NCBI RefSeq assembly: GCF_009914755.1
Contig: NC_060927.1
Length of the DNA stretch: 64,000 nucleotides
Direction: 5' to 3' (one strand)
Origin: the human T2T-CHM13v2.0 reference genome, Homo sapiens
Under the pieces are notes generated by a model that saw only the letters and a program-made list of their open reading frames with translations, did not search any database and was not told the origin of the DNA. Position numbers and translations under genes: made by a program. Below are positions 16,139 to 31,732 of the stretch, piece by piece. Numbering within the stretch: the stretch's first letter is position 1; each line of letters opens with the position of its first letter.

Positions 16139-17125
16139 TGCATCAGTCTGGGTCCAATCAGGAGAGAAAGAACTGCACAGTAATTTGAACATGGGAAGTT
16201 TAATATAAAGAATTAACTATAACAGGAGGTTGGAGTAATAAGGAACTGGCCTATAAGAAATAAAGAGAATGCTAAAAAATACAGGATTTCAACTACTACC
16301 TTCTAGGGGTGAACTGATTCCATTTCACCCAAAGAAGAGACTCCCCCAGGGCTGAGATCCAGACCTAGTTAGAAAGGTTGCAACCACGGTTCACTGAATG
16401 GCAGAGAGGTCACTGTGTTGCCACACCAGCAGGACTTGAAAATCGGGCTTCTTGAACTTGCCAGAAATCTACAGTCTAGGAGGTGGGAGAAAACTGTTCA
16501 AGGTAAATTATCTTTTGCCCAAGGGGAGAGTCGGGAAGTTGCTTGTCATTGGATGCTGCTGGCCACCCGTGACTGCACAAGTCAGGTGCTAAAGAAACTA
16601 CATGTGCTGCAGGAGCCCAGCACCAGAGAAGCTGCCGCGTTGTAGAAGATGGGTTTGAAGAAGCTATGTGCAAAGTAGCAACCTAGCTGTAAACCCTAGA
16701 AGCCACCACACTGCCGGCGAATAGTGCTGGAGAAAGGGCCTTCCAAAGGCTGGAGAAGGCATTTCAAAGGCTAGGTGCTGGGAAAGTTGGACACATTGAG
16801 AAAACCAGTTGCTGGAGAAGATACCTGAACTATGGGAGCCAGACACTGAAAAGGCTACACAGGCTCCAAGAGCCGGACTAGAGAAGTCGTCTGCTTTAGG
16901 GGAGCCAGGAACAAGAGAAGCTGCATCAGGAGCCTGTCTAGAAAAGTACACTGGAGCCAGGAAGGATGATGCTTACTCTACAATGTCTTTCCGTTGTCCT
17001 TTACTGGCAAGTTTTAACATAGTGCCTGCTGACAAAGGGAAATTAAAGGGCCCAGATCCATTTTCACAGTGAAGGCAAAAATAATGAACTTGGAGATAGG
17101 AGGCAATTAATCAACAATAAGCACA
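16139..17125. mobile_element. Ancient solo LTR (LTR78/LTR79-like; family uncertain)
   Basis: TG...CA termini flanked by a 5-bp direct repeat GTTCC (16134-16138 and 17126-17130). Internal GGAGCC...AGAGAAGCTGC repeats. Confidence 0.65.
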
Positions 17126-17194
17126 GTTCCCAGCTATGCTTCCTGTGCTCCATAAGAGACGTATAAAAATGTGTCCTTCATCCCTTATAAATAC

Positions 17195-17545
17195 ATGTAG
17201 ATTTGAGTACTCCCCTGAAGGCAAAGGTATTTCTCCCATCCATTGGTTGACTTGGGCTTATGACTTGGTTGGGTCAATAGCATAGCAATTAATGTGATAT
17301 AGCACCAGTTCTGAGCAGATGTTTTAAACGTGAGTCCATAGGTTAGCATGAACTCTTCCATCTTTGCCCTGTGCCATAAAGAAAGCAAGTCCCAGACAGA
17401 GTCTACTCTTTTATCTGGGTCCTAGAATGATGTACAGAGCTGAGTAGAGCGACAGCCAACCTGAGACCTCTAAGCAAGGAAGATATTGGTGGTTGTATGC
17501 CCCTTAGCCTTTGGGTTGTTATTACAACAAAAGCCAACTAATGCA
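17195..17545. mobile_element. MLT1I/J-like MaLR LTR
   Basis: TTGACTTGGGCTTATGACTTG...GGTCAATAG and 3' GGTTGTTATTACAACAAAAGCCAACTAATGCA resemble MLT1. Confidence 0.6.
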
Positions 17546-18622
17546 GTTTCTATGCTTGACAACCAACTTTCCGATTTCTGTTTGGCTAATCATGATAATG
17601 CAGCATTAAGACCTATAAACCATTAGGTCATTTTCTGATTTTACTTATTCGTCTGCAGCAAGGAGATAAAATGAAGTGACAAGGCCCCCTTAGATTGAAG
17701 AGAATTCATCATAGTCATTTCATCCTGAGAGAAGTCTTCAGTGGCAGCTAGCCAGAACTTCCCAGATGACATCTCAGACTTGCCTGAGTATAAATCATTG
17801 GGTGGAAGATTAGAGATGGAAAAGTTATTGTCAATAGTTTCTTTAAGGTATAGGGCCTCTCTACATGGCTGTTGTTCTTCTCTTTGCCGGTTTTCATGAT
17901 TTGCTGCAAAGATTATAATTTATTTCATTTTATCTGGTCTTTATCAAATGTCCCCTAATCATTTGGGACACTGGGTTGTTGTCTAAAGTTTATCTTTAGA
18001 AACTGCTGTTCTTGATGAGACTTGGTAGACTTCTACACAACTTTCTGTGGAAGAAAATTGTTTTTGATAATAGTGTTATATAAATTCTTCTTCAGCGGTC
18101 ACTATAGTCTAACAACACATAGTTCATATTAACATAGGCTTTCTTTTCACTCATTGATTTATTAGGAGAAAATAATTTTCTAACTCACTATTATAATATT
18201 CATTATAACTATAATTGGTATTATAATTATTATTATATTTGGTAATCTTGGAGCATCCCCAACTGGCCACACACACATATACACATAAAGAAGTCTGAGG
18301 CTAGATATTTCAGCCTTTATTGAGCTGAAAAATCATACTGCTGTTCAAAAAGATTTTTTTCAATTAAAATCAAAAGTAAGAATTTACTTCCTATGATCAC
18401 TAAATAATTAAAAGCATAGGTCAAATATTAGCATGTATATAAGATATACGTTTAAGAAAAGAAACAGTTCTAATACTTTGAGTGCTAGGACTATTACTTC
18501 CTGTAGATATTCAAAAATATTGACTAGAGTTTTTAAACCCTCCTTCTGCAGTAATGATCAGTCCTGGAACTAATTTAATTTGGGCACGTGCATGAAAAGA
18601 AACATGAGGAGATAGAAAATAG

Positions 18623-19003
<381 letters not shown>

Positions 19004-19943
19004 ATGGGATTTTTTTGAGAATAAACTGAGTGTCACGGTGAAAAGGAGATGTCAATAGCAAAGGTCTTTGCAAATGTGAAATTTTTTGATGCCCTGAAAT
19101 AATTGGTTGATGGTATGTTAATGTCTTCCTAAATGCCATTGAACCTGGAACCTAGCCAAGGGAATAATCAGAGGAGTGATCTTCAAAATATATCTTACTA
19201 CAGAAAAAGCAGAAGATATTAGGACAGATCTTGAAGTTTAGGGTGGGTAGAAATGTAATTTCTCCTTCTGAAGTCATTAATAACCTGATTGTAACTTCGA
19301 CTATCAGAACGTATGATATTCCCCAACTCCTATTTAAAAAAAAGGAACGTGATCACACAGTAGAGAAATTTACTATGGGAAAGCTCCTTAACAACCACGT
19401 GGTATTATCATTTAAAAGTGGAAGGGATAGAATGATGGGAGAGACGCTTAATGGCAGGTTGGAGGTGGGGAGACAGGGATGGAGGGAATATAACCAGCTC
19501 ACAACCATCTTCTCTCTGAACTTTTCTGGACTTTTTTTTCTCTAGTGTATAGTGAAAGTTTAATCCTTTTGTTTCCCTGTGATCCCAGAACTCTTTGAAC
19601 AAACTTACTATTAGAACTTCAGATGGTGTATTACATTTATCTGTTAAATTGTCTTTCTCATCAGACTATAGATGTCTTGAAGGTGAGGATCATTCCTTAA
19701 TTGTGTAGTAGCCCAGACTGCTGCCTTGCACAAGACCTGGCATGTAGTAGATTTATACTGAGTGGTATGTGAAAGGATGAATGGGCACAAAATAGATCAG
19801 AGTAAAGCCATTGGAAGAGATGGGATTTGGTAAGGTTTTAATCAAGTATTTCACTTCTTAAATACTAAGGAAGTATTCTCAGAATTCAGCACAATACAAA
19901 TTTTATATTAAATTTTAATTTAAAAATTAGTCTGTAGACATGA

Positions 19944-20323
<380 letters not shown>

Positions 20324-20427
20324 AGCATAATTAATTTCTAATGTCTGAGTTCCTAAGTTTAAGTTTATGCATTCTTAAAAATAGACCTAAAACAACTATG
20401 ATATTCTGCTTCAGAAGATAATAGTAG

Positions 20428-21450
20428 CTTTCCTTGCTACCCAGAGAGGGGCCCATACCGCATTGTTCTGGATTCCCATTGTAATTAAAGGGAAACTTTC
20501 ACCATGTCCAGAGTCTTTAATGTCCTGCAAATGAAGAAGGATGTCCTCAAATTCCTTGCAGCAGAAACCCACTTAGATGGCACCAACCTGACTTTCAAAT
20601 GCAACAGTACATTTCCAAAAAGAAAAGCGATGGCATCTATACCATAAATCTGAAGAAGACCTGGGAGAAGCTTCTGCTGGCAGCTCGTGCCATTGTTGCC
20701 ATTAACAACAGATATCAGTGTCATGTCCTCAGGGAATACTGGCCAGTGGGCTGTGGAGAAGTTTGCTGCTGCCACTGGAGCCACTCCTGTTGCTGATGGC
20801 TCTATTTCTGGAACCTTTACTATCCAAATCCAGGCAGCCTTCTGGGAGCCATGTCTTCTGGTGCTTACTGATCCCAGAGCTGACCACCAGCCCCTCACAG
20901 AAGCATGTTATGTTAACATACCTACCATTGCTCTGTGTAACACAGATTCTTCTCTGCACTGTGTGGACATTGCCATCCAAGCAACAACAAGGGAACTCAT
21001 TGAGTGGGTCTGATATGGTGGGTGCTGGCCTGGAAGTTCTGTGCATGTGTGGCACCGTCTCCTGTGAACACCCATGGAAGGTCATGTCTGATTTCTACTT
21101 CTGCAAAGACCCTTAAAAGGAAGGGCAGTCTGCTTCTGAGAAAGCTGTAACCAAGGAGGAATTTCAGGGTGAAAGGACTGCTCCAGCTCCTGAGTTTACT
21201 GCTCCTCAACCTGAGGTTGCAGTCTGGTTTGAAGGCATGCAGATGCCTTCTGTGCCTATTCAGCAGTTCCCTATTGAAGACCATAACACAGCCTACCATG
21301 GAAAATTGGTCTGCAGCTGCCACTGCTTAGGCCACTGAATGGGTAGAAACAACCACTGAATGTCTTAAGCCATTTTTCTACAGACTTTTAAACAAGATGG
21401 AAATCAGGTTGATGAAAAATAAACATCAGTTCCTAAAACTAAACAAAACA
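20428..21450 (+). pseudogene. RPSA: Processed pseudogene of RPSA (40S ribosomal protein SA / 37-kDa laminin receptor precursor)
   Basis: Intronless copy with a pyrimidine-rich 5'UTR and ATG at 20504 ([23 protein letters not shown]). Fragments [28 protein letters not shown] and [10 protein letters not shown]...[28 protein letters not shown] lie in different frames (frameshifts). TAA at 21366-21368, AATAAA at ~21418, A-rich tail. The numbered RPSAP identity was not verified. Confidence 0.95.
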
Positions 21451-24400
21451 ATAATTGTTTTTGAAAAAGGAATGTATTTTTAGGTGGGAATGGGATGGGG
21501 GAGTAAGTGTTATGAAAGTCAGAAGCATATGCCTGGCACATAAACCTAAAAGCATAGGAATCTTTGTCATAACATACAGGATATTGCAATTATTTTGTTA
21601 AAAAACCCAGAAAGTTAAGAAAATTGAACATATTCTAAATTACAATGGCATTAACTTCTTTTTTTTCTTAAGATATCTTAAAGAAGGTGTGGAACTCGCA
21701 GACATTTTCTGGTAGTTTTGAGCGGACTAATCTATTATAACTATTATGTATATAATATTTATATTATATAAAATATAAATATTATATATTTATAATTATA
21801 TAACTATAACCTACTATAACTATTATATATAAATGGGTCATCTCGTTCCTAATACTGAGCATCAAAAATGTGTGTATGTAATCCTTGAATGCGCTTAAAG
21901 GAAATATCAGGAGGAATGCCACATCAGCCAGGTTGTATGGATTTGACTTTCTATGGAAAGTTTTGGCATGGTAAATCTTACTTTGTCCATTACCTTACCT
22001 GCTATGTGATATGAATTCTTTGCCTGCTAATCACAAATCTCAAGATCTGGGAAAATGGAGCTCCCTAGAACAGGCTATATATTTTTTATTGCCATCTCGA
22101 ATCAAACTGATGCCGTTTTTCATGGGAGAACTAATAAAAGTCATATTCTGTATTGAAACATCCCTGTATTTTATGGACCCATCTGATATACCATTAATAA
22201 AGTTTTAAAACAATCTATAATAGATTTTGCAAGAACCGCAGATCTGCCAGCACTCTCATTAACAGCCCAATTTTAAGCACTACTTTAGGCATGATTATCT
22301 ACAAAATGTTAGTGGGGCTGTTTAATATTAAAAGACTAGTAGCTGAAGAAAAAGGAAGCTCAATTACTCAAAAATCCAGTTAGATTGCTATTTCGAGTAA
22401 TTTAACAAACAAAATTGCATTTTGTTCTGTTTTCAAAGTATGGGCTTGTATTCATTTCCTGAAATATGAAGTTCATTGAAAATGCCAGTGTTTCTAAGTG
22501 ATTCTGTATGAGAGGAGTTGATAAAAATAAAAATACCCTTTGGCTTGTTAAAACACAAATGTTTTACGAATGACACCTTGCTCAATAGTGTTTCCTCGAA
22601 TGACTATATTCTATAAAATAAAAAAGCCAGAGCCTCTGGCCTACATGATGTTCACAGAAAAGACAATGAGCAAAATCATCACCTGTGATTTTCTTAGATA
22701 TGTAATTGTCTTTTTTCCATTGGCTTCTTTATCAGGGAGGATATCCTTTGTGCCTCAGACCTGTTTACAAAGGTATTTACTTACCTAGACTTTCATGCCT
22801 TAATAATAAATGTTAACAAATTTAAACATAAGGTAATAATCAAAAAGAATAAAATAGTTACTTATATACAGATGAAAAATTGTCTACACTATATTAACCC
22901 TTGCGTGTATGTGTGTGTTAGAACTGGTATTTTAAGGTATCTGGATAAATTCATAGGAAGTTATTAACAGTATTATAACCTCTGTGTCTGGGAAAATATG
23001 AGGGGGTCATTAAAAGGGGGAGACTTTTATTTTCAGTTGTTTCTTCTCTGCACTGTTTATACTTTTTTCTTACCTTGAACATGGGATACATTTATAATAA
23101 AAACAAAATATTTTCAAAATGGCACTATTGTGCTTTCTCAAATTTTAACATTATTTTACATCCAGTAAAACTATTCAAAGAGAAAAATTTGATAAAATAT
23201 ATACTTGTTAAATTTAAAACGTGCAAGAATGTTTTATTATTAGCTATGATGAAAGAAAACCAGGCTATGGTAATTAGACCACTAGCATTCATAGTAAATT
23301 TTTTTTAAATATACACAAAAAGACTTCACATACTTGCTACTAGTCATCCTTCTCTACTAAACATATTAGTGGAATACTAGTTAATATTCATTCTTTGTTA
23401 TATAGCTTAAACATCTAACACCAGATTGGCAGTAAATTTGGCAACATTCTTAGTTTTTAGTTTACAATTTAAGTCATGATAGCCATTTTGGATCAAATAT
23501 TAGTACTTAGAATTACAGAACTGAAATTAGCATCAATAATATATTCTTGTTCATTTTTATTATACCAAATCACATGTCTGACTTCTAAATGTATTTGTTC
23601 ATTATGATTTCTCTAAAATTATTTTAAGTTTCCAAAGACCATTAGGCCAGAGGTAGGTTAAAGTAAGAAACATATCATATTTGAAATTATCTCTCTGTCT
23701 CTTTCCATTCACTGTTCTCTTGTTTTATCCCTAATGATTATCTAATCCTTCATGAGAGAAGGGGGACAAAATGAGATAAAATAACATCCTGGGCTCATGG
23801 GTACAATTCAATAAGGGACAGGTTTCCCTGTAGTATTCTTGGAAGAATTACTTACTTACTCAGACAGCAATGAGCTACCTGGTCTCCTCACCAAGTAAAG
23901 TAATAATTACAGGACCTGTTTTTTGACTTTGATATATCTGTTTCCTTTTTTGGATATTACTCCCAGGCTGTTAATTGCAACTGTTATATTTCAAGCACTG
24001 GCTTATATGGTATCTCCATATGCCAAGTAGGACCTGGACTTTTCAAATTATGCTTTATGCACGGCTCACTCCTGCTTGTTATAGTGAAGATATCCTCTAT
24101 GATTAAGCCTACAATGTCTTTTTAAAAAAATTGTTGCTCAGTTCATGCTAATTATAGTTTGCTATTTTAAATATAATGGAGTCAAAACGTTTCTTTTCAG
24201 ACTAATGAGGCATCAGACAATTTGGGGATTTATCTCTATATATAGGTTGTTGTTCTTTTTCTAAAGCCAGAGAAAAGTAATTTAGAATCATTTAGGAGGA
24301 TCTATCACCTGATTTATAATTTGGAACCACTTATTCCCAAGTATTGGTATTATTATTTCTTTTTAAGTAACTGAGGACATAACCCAACTTTTCTAGGCAT

Positions 24401-24925
24401 ACCCTGACTTAATGTGAGCTTTCTCTTTTTAATGAAGTCAATTTATTAAGGGTGTTACTAAGTATATATATATTTTTATAACATTTTTATATGAATACAT
24501 TTATAAATAAAACATTGTTGATTAATGTTTCTCAAAATTTGGTTCAGGAAATATTCTTATTTTCTTTCTGGAAAGTAAATAATATGAAATATAATAATAA
24601 TAAAATAATTTTAGAGATTTAATGGCATAAAATCCTGCTTTTTACGGTGAGGTTGGTGAGATGACAGGTTAAGCCTGCCTAGGTAGCTGCTTGGAGTTTC
24701 TTGGCCTGGCTAAAAATTGAAGTCTGTTCTTATCTTTGCTAAGGTTTGGAGAACTAGTTGGCAATTCCCTATTACAGTCAGATATTGCTAGAGGAAATTC
24801 TGGGTCTCATGGCTGGGTGGAACTTGAAGGACAGTTGCAATGATTCAAGTAGTATCCCTGTACACTTTTGCATAGGTGCACTTAGGCCAGGTGAGTACCA
24901 GGATCACCGAATAGAATAATTGTAA

Positions 24926-25562
24926 TGATATAGGAGTTAAGAAGAAATGATTTAGGCAGATAGTGAAGGTAAGGAAGTCCTCAGTAAGGTTTTACTTTTA
25001 ATAAAAAGCAGCCTCCAAATCATTTCTTTTATAACAAAAAGCAGTGTGTAAAATAAACCTGCAGACATAGACAAGCAAGCTTCTAGCTTGCTTGAATGCT
25101 GGCAGCTGTGCCAATAGGAAAGGCTAACTGGGACTAGGCATGTCCAACATGGTGGCGCCATTGTCCCCTTTCCTTGTCAACCACATGCACAGTAAGGAGC
25201 AGGCAACATGGCAGATGGCCAAGTAGAGATTTTATTTGCGTAATAAAAGATTAGGGTAGGGTGACCAGCTTCCTCGCATACTATGTAAACATCAAACCTG
25301 GTCCAACCAATCTTTGGGCCCTATGTAAATCTGACACGGCCTTCTCAAGCCTGTCTATAAAATCCTGTGCACTCTTCCTTGGGGCCGGAGGCCCCATTCA
25401 GGTGCACTTCTCTCTCCCAGGAGAGAAAGCTATTCTTTTTTTTTTTCTTTTGACTATTAAACCTCCGCTCCTAAACCCATTTCTCATGTGTCCATGTCCT
25501 TGATTCCCTTGGAGTGAGACAACAAACCTTGGGAATTTACCATAGACAAGGACACCGCTCCA
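24926..25562 (+). mobile_element. Solo ERV1 LTR, MER50-like
   Basis: TGATATAGGAGTTAAGAAGAAAT...TTAGGCAGATAGTGA start matches recalled MER50. TATAAAA ~25357, ATTAAA ~25456, CA end at 25562. No clean TSD seen. Confidence 0.7.
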
Positions 25563-25993
25563 CTTAAACTGATTGCCTAAACTAGGACACTTCGGAGAAT
25601 AAAGGGAGGAGAAGGGAGGTGCTTAAATAATTAAAATTTTATAGTTATAAATATTGTAACATAAAAAATTATTACATTCCATAAAACAAATATTTCTGAT
25701 TTATCACTTAGGATAAATGAAAACATCAGTGCAGCAAGGACATTCATACCATTCTGTGTGCCCTGTAGCAGGACTTCTCAGCTTCCCACAAATGAGGGTA
25801 TAATTTCCTAATTATCCACTGTCCCTGTCAACTAATGGCAAAAGGACTATTGGAGCTAATCTTCTCTAGATTTCCTGAGGACAAATTGACCATAGCTAAT
25901 ATATGGGTGATATCTCTACTTCGTGGAACTGTTGGGAAGGTTACATTGAATGGGAAAATGTATGGAAGATGCCTACTCTTCTGACACTCCTAG

Positions 25994-26345
<352 letters not shown>

Positions 26346-28507
26346 TGCTTCCTTTCATTTCTTTTTCCATCACTCACTGCACACTCACATAAAATCTACA
26401 CAAGACTCAATCTTATTTTTATTATAGTTAGGGGTTCACATGTTTGTCTTATTAGACTCAACATTCCTTGAGTACAGCGTCCTTTCCATACATCTGTATA
26501 CTACCTAAGGTCCAACAAATTGCTGGCTCATAGAAAATAAATATTGGCCGATTGAATGTTTCTGATTCTGCCCAAGGAAGAGTCTGCTTTCCAGCCCATC
26601 AGAGGAGCGCAAGTCTCACTGGGCTTGTTCAGCTTGATGGCAGTAAAGGCTCATGACTTTCTTTGTTCATAGTGCAAAGTCTACTTTCCCATCTATAATT
26701 TGATTTCTTGAATAGATCTACTCACCAGGAACATGATTCACTGTGAAAAAAGAACAGTCCAAGGTTTTTTACCCACTAATATATCCATAAATAGGAATTC
26801 AGTTGAACCTGTGTGGGTTTGGTTCATCAGACCCTTTATGTGAACCAAATATTATTCAAACCTCTGACTCCACCATAGTGATTGAAAACATGAAGCAAAA
26901 AGATCAGGGCCAGTGTATCTGAGGCCAAGCCATGCACTTAAGTCAGCCTGCACATTATGACTAGACACGTGTACATTCTTTCACAAGTTGAAATAACGAT
27001 GCCATGATGTGTCTTTACTTTTCAAGGAGATAATTCGTTTTTGCTGAATTTTACTTTTTTTCTGTTCTTCAGCCATTTTTCTCCCCATGTTTTTATAGTA
27101 ATGTAAATAAATTGTTAAATAACACTTCATTATTGACATAATCTACCATGTAAGGAAAGAGGTTTTATTCCTGCTTCTACTTCTGAGGAAAAGAGGACTC
27201 AGAAAGATTAAAATTTTCTTATGGTCAATAACTTATGGCACCACAGTTTGTTTTTTACTCCAAATCTAGTACTCTTTCTACAATGACACCTACCCCATAA
27301 ACATCTTGTGCAAAGATATTTATAATATCTCCAATGAAGAATTTACATTGAAAATGTGTTAGCTTATATACCAGAAATGCTTTTAAAAAATGTATAATAA
27401 AAATGTGATAAGAATTGTGTGGGAGATAATTCAATTGCCCTTGCTTTATATAATTATTGTCTATTTTTTATGTGCATGACCTAGATCCTAGGTTTGTTGG
27501 ATATTTTTAATTGTATGTTACAAACTGACTTCAACTCTGTTTACAATTTTTTAGGCTGTTTGATTGGTTTATTGGCCATGGCTGATGTTTGCAGATACTC
27601 TGAATGGGGAATCATTGAAAGGTTTTATTAGCAGTTTATTTTAACAGCGCAAGCTGTTCATCAGAAAAAATAGCACAAATGCATTTGAATGTTGGTCTCC
27701 AGGCAGCAAAGCGTATCCTTCCACCCAGCTTCCTAAAAGACCTACTAGGAAACTTGGTGCCACGCACACCCATTTCTTAGGGGCTCTGATTTAGTGTTGC
27801 AATTTTTTTCTCTAAACAGACGTGGGTGAAAGCTAGCCAGTGAAAGACTTAAGGGAACCATTATATCTATAACAGTGGATTAGAAAATATTAATAGTAAT
27901 CAAAGGAAAATAGAAATAGCAATCGATTTTTCATTATTGATTTAAAAAAAATTTTTCCTGCTCCTTGGAATCTGTGTTTAGAGAACCCTGACTTATCCTC
28001 TTAGAGCAATATGGACTTCCTTTTTTGATGGTTTTTTGTTGTTGTTGTTGCTTCTTCACTTTCTCATTTCTTCATATTTTTTTCTTGCCTCTGTAAAATA
28101 TTGTTAAAACCATGGATCAAAATATACATTGTTAAATGTGTCTTTTTGCCTTAAAATCCTTTTTACACTTATAAAAGAATATATGTTTCTTATATAATTC
28201 TTAGAAAATAGATATTTTGGGGAATTATTGTAATGTGAGTTCCCATATTAAGCTCTTTTATTCTGTCCAGAGATATGTTAGTGGTAAGTAAAATATATTT
28301 TTAAAATTAGGTTTAAAAAGCCAAACTAAAAAAATTAAGATTAAAAAAAAGACTTTTTCATGTTACAAAAAAAGCAACAGAATCACGGAGTTGTAAGTGG
28401 ATGTGGACGGACATAGCTAAAATCTCAGATATTTTGGGCTCCATTTCTGGAAAGAGTCAAGGCATAAAAACTCCTAACAGAGACTTAAAGAACCCCACAT
28501 ATGGTAG

Positions 28508-28960
28508 ATATGTTAGTTTTCTAGAGTTGCCAAAATAAAGGCTTAAACAACCGAAATTTATTGTTTCATCATTCTGGTGGATAGAAGTCTGAGATCAAAG
28601 TTCCAGAAGGGCCATGCTCCTGAAGGTGCTATGGAAGGATCTGTTCCAGGCCTCTTCCCTAGCTTCTGGTGTTGTGCTGGCAATCTGTGCTGAATGTTGG
28701 CTTGCAGAAACATCACCCCAATCTCTGACTTCATTATTATGTGGCGTTCTCCCTGTGTGAGTGTCTTTCTCTTCACATGGTGTTCTTTTTCGAAGGACAG
28801 CAGACTTATTAGATTAGGAACTCATTTTGCTTCCATATGACCTAATCCTAACTAATTACATCTGCAATGACACTTTTTCCAAATAATGTCACCTTATGGG
28901 ATACTAGAGGTTAGAACTTCAATGTATAAATTTGTGGGGGACACAGTTCAACCCAAAACG
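28508..28960. mobile_element. MLT1B/C-like MaLR LTR
   Basis: GGCTTAAACAAC.GAAATTTATTG...GAAGTCTGAGATCAA...TAATTACATCTGCAATGAC...GGGGACACAGTTCAACCC. Confidence 0.8.
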
Positions 28961-29262
28961 TCAGGGTACCAGGGCAGAACTCACTGCAGGGAATTAGGGG
29001 CTAGGAAAGGAGGCTGACTTAAGCTGTTTGTTCTAATTTGCATACATTGGATGGCGAGAAGGACTCAGAACCAGGCCAAACCACCCGATTGTTCCAAGAC
29101 AGTCTGTGTTAGTTCCATTTTCTGGAATGCATAGCCCTCATGCAATACCTCTCCTAGAGAGTCCAGATGCAGGCAGCTGCAAAATGATAGAAGGGAGGAA
29201 TGAATTCAGAGAGAGAGCAGAAGAAAAAAAAATGCTTTTATGCAAATCGAAGTTGCCAACTA

Positions 29263-30290
<1,028 letters not shown>

Positions 30291-30497
30291 GTTGATGCTC
30301 ATCATTTGTGAGTTCTGTACCAGGAGACTGCAAAAAATCCAACCCCTTAAGAACAATAGTTAAAACGTCATCCAGGAATTAAAGTATGCTTTCATTTTTT
30401 GTAAATTTTTGTTCACTGAAACATAAAGTGATTTTTTAAAATGTTAGGTAATTTATTTAATGGCACATTTTAAATCTTTATATTCCTAATTGATCGT

Positions 30498-31000
30498 AGT
30501 ATTTTTATTTTAATTTCCATAGTTTACTGGGAGAACAGGTAGTGTTTGGTGACATGAGTAAGTTCTTTAGTGGTGATGTTTGAGATTTTGGTGCACCCAT
30601 CATCCGAGCAGTATACATTGCACCATATTTGTAGTCTTTTATCCCTCACCCTTTCCCACCCTTTCCCCCTGAGTCCCCAAAGTCCATTGTCATTCTTATG
30701 CTTCTGCATCCTCATAACTTAGCTCCCACTTATGAGTAAGAAAATACAATATTTGGTTTACCATTCCTGAGTTACTTCACTTAGAATAATAGTCTCCAAT
30801 CTCATCCAGGTCTCTCCAGATGCCATTAATTCATTCCTTTTTATGGCCGAGTAGTATTTCATCCTGTGTATATATACCAGAGTTTCTTTATCCACTCATT
30901 GATTGATGGGCATTTGGTTAGTTCCACATTTTTGCAATTGCAAACTGTGCTGCTATAAATATGTGTGTGCAAGTATCTTTTCCATGTAATGACTTCTTTG
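30498..31000 (-). mobile_element. L1PB 3' end
   Basis: GAACAGGTAGTGTTTGGT.ACATGAGTAAGTTCTTTAGTGGTGAT...GAGATTTTGGTGCACCCATCA, characteristic of the L1PB1 3'UTR (antisense). Confidence 0.85.
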
Positions 31001-31336
31001 ATTTTTTTAAAGCTTAGAGCATCATTAATAAAATTTAAACTTAGAAGAGATATTCACAAATTCAATGAAAGCATATTCTTTGTTTACTTGAATAGGGCAT
31101 CACACCTTTAGCAAGGAACAAACAAAAGAATAATCTATCACATGGATACTATACTAGTTTGCTTCTGCTATCTAATGTTTAGGTAATTTTGATTTAGTTT
31201 TTTTTTTCCTGTATTGTCCTATGTTTAGTAAAGAACCCATCTGTAATAAATATTTCATTTTTTTAATTGGCCTAAGGCAGGCCTCACCTTGCTTGGGTAT
31301 TAATTGTTTAGAGATTTTTATGTACTTGAAGTTTCA

Positions 31337-31732
<396 letters not shown>

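Noticed and set aside
20485-21323. Six overlapping ORFs on both strands
   Set aside because: All are frames or antisense frames of the frameshifted RPSA retrocopy.
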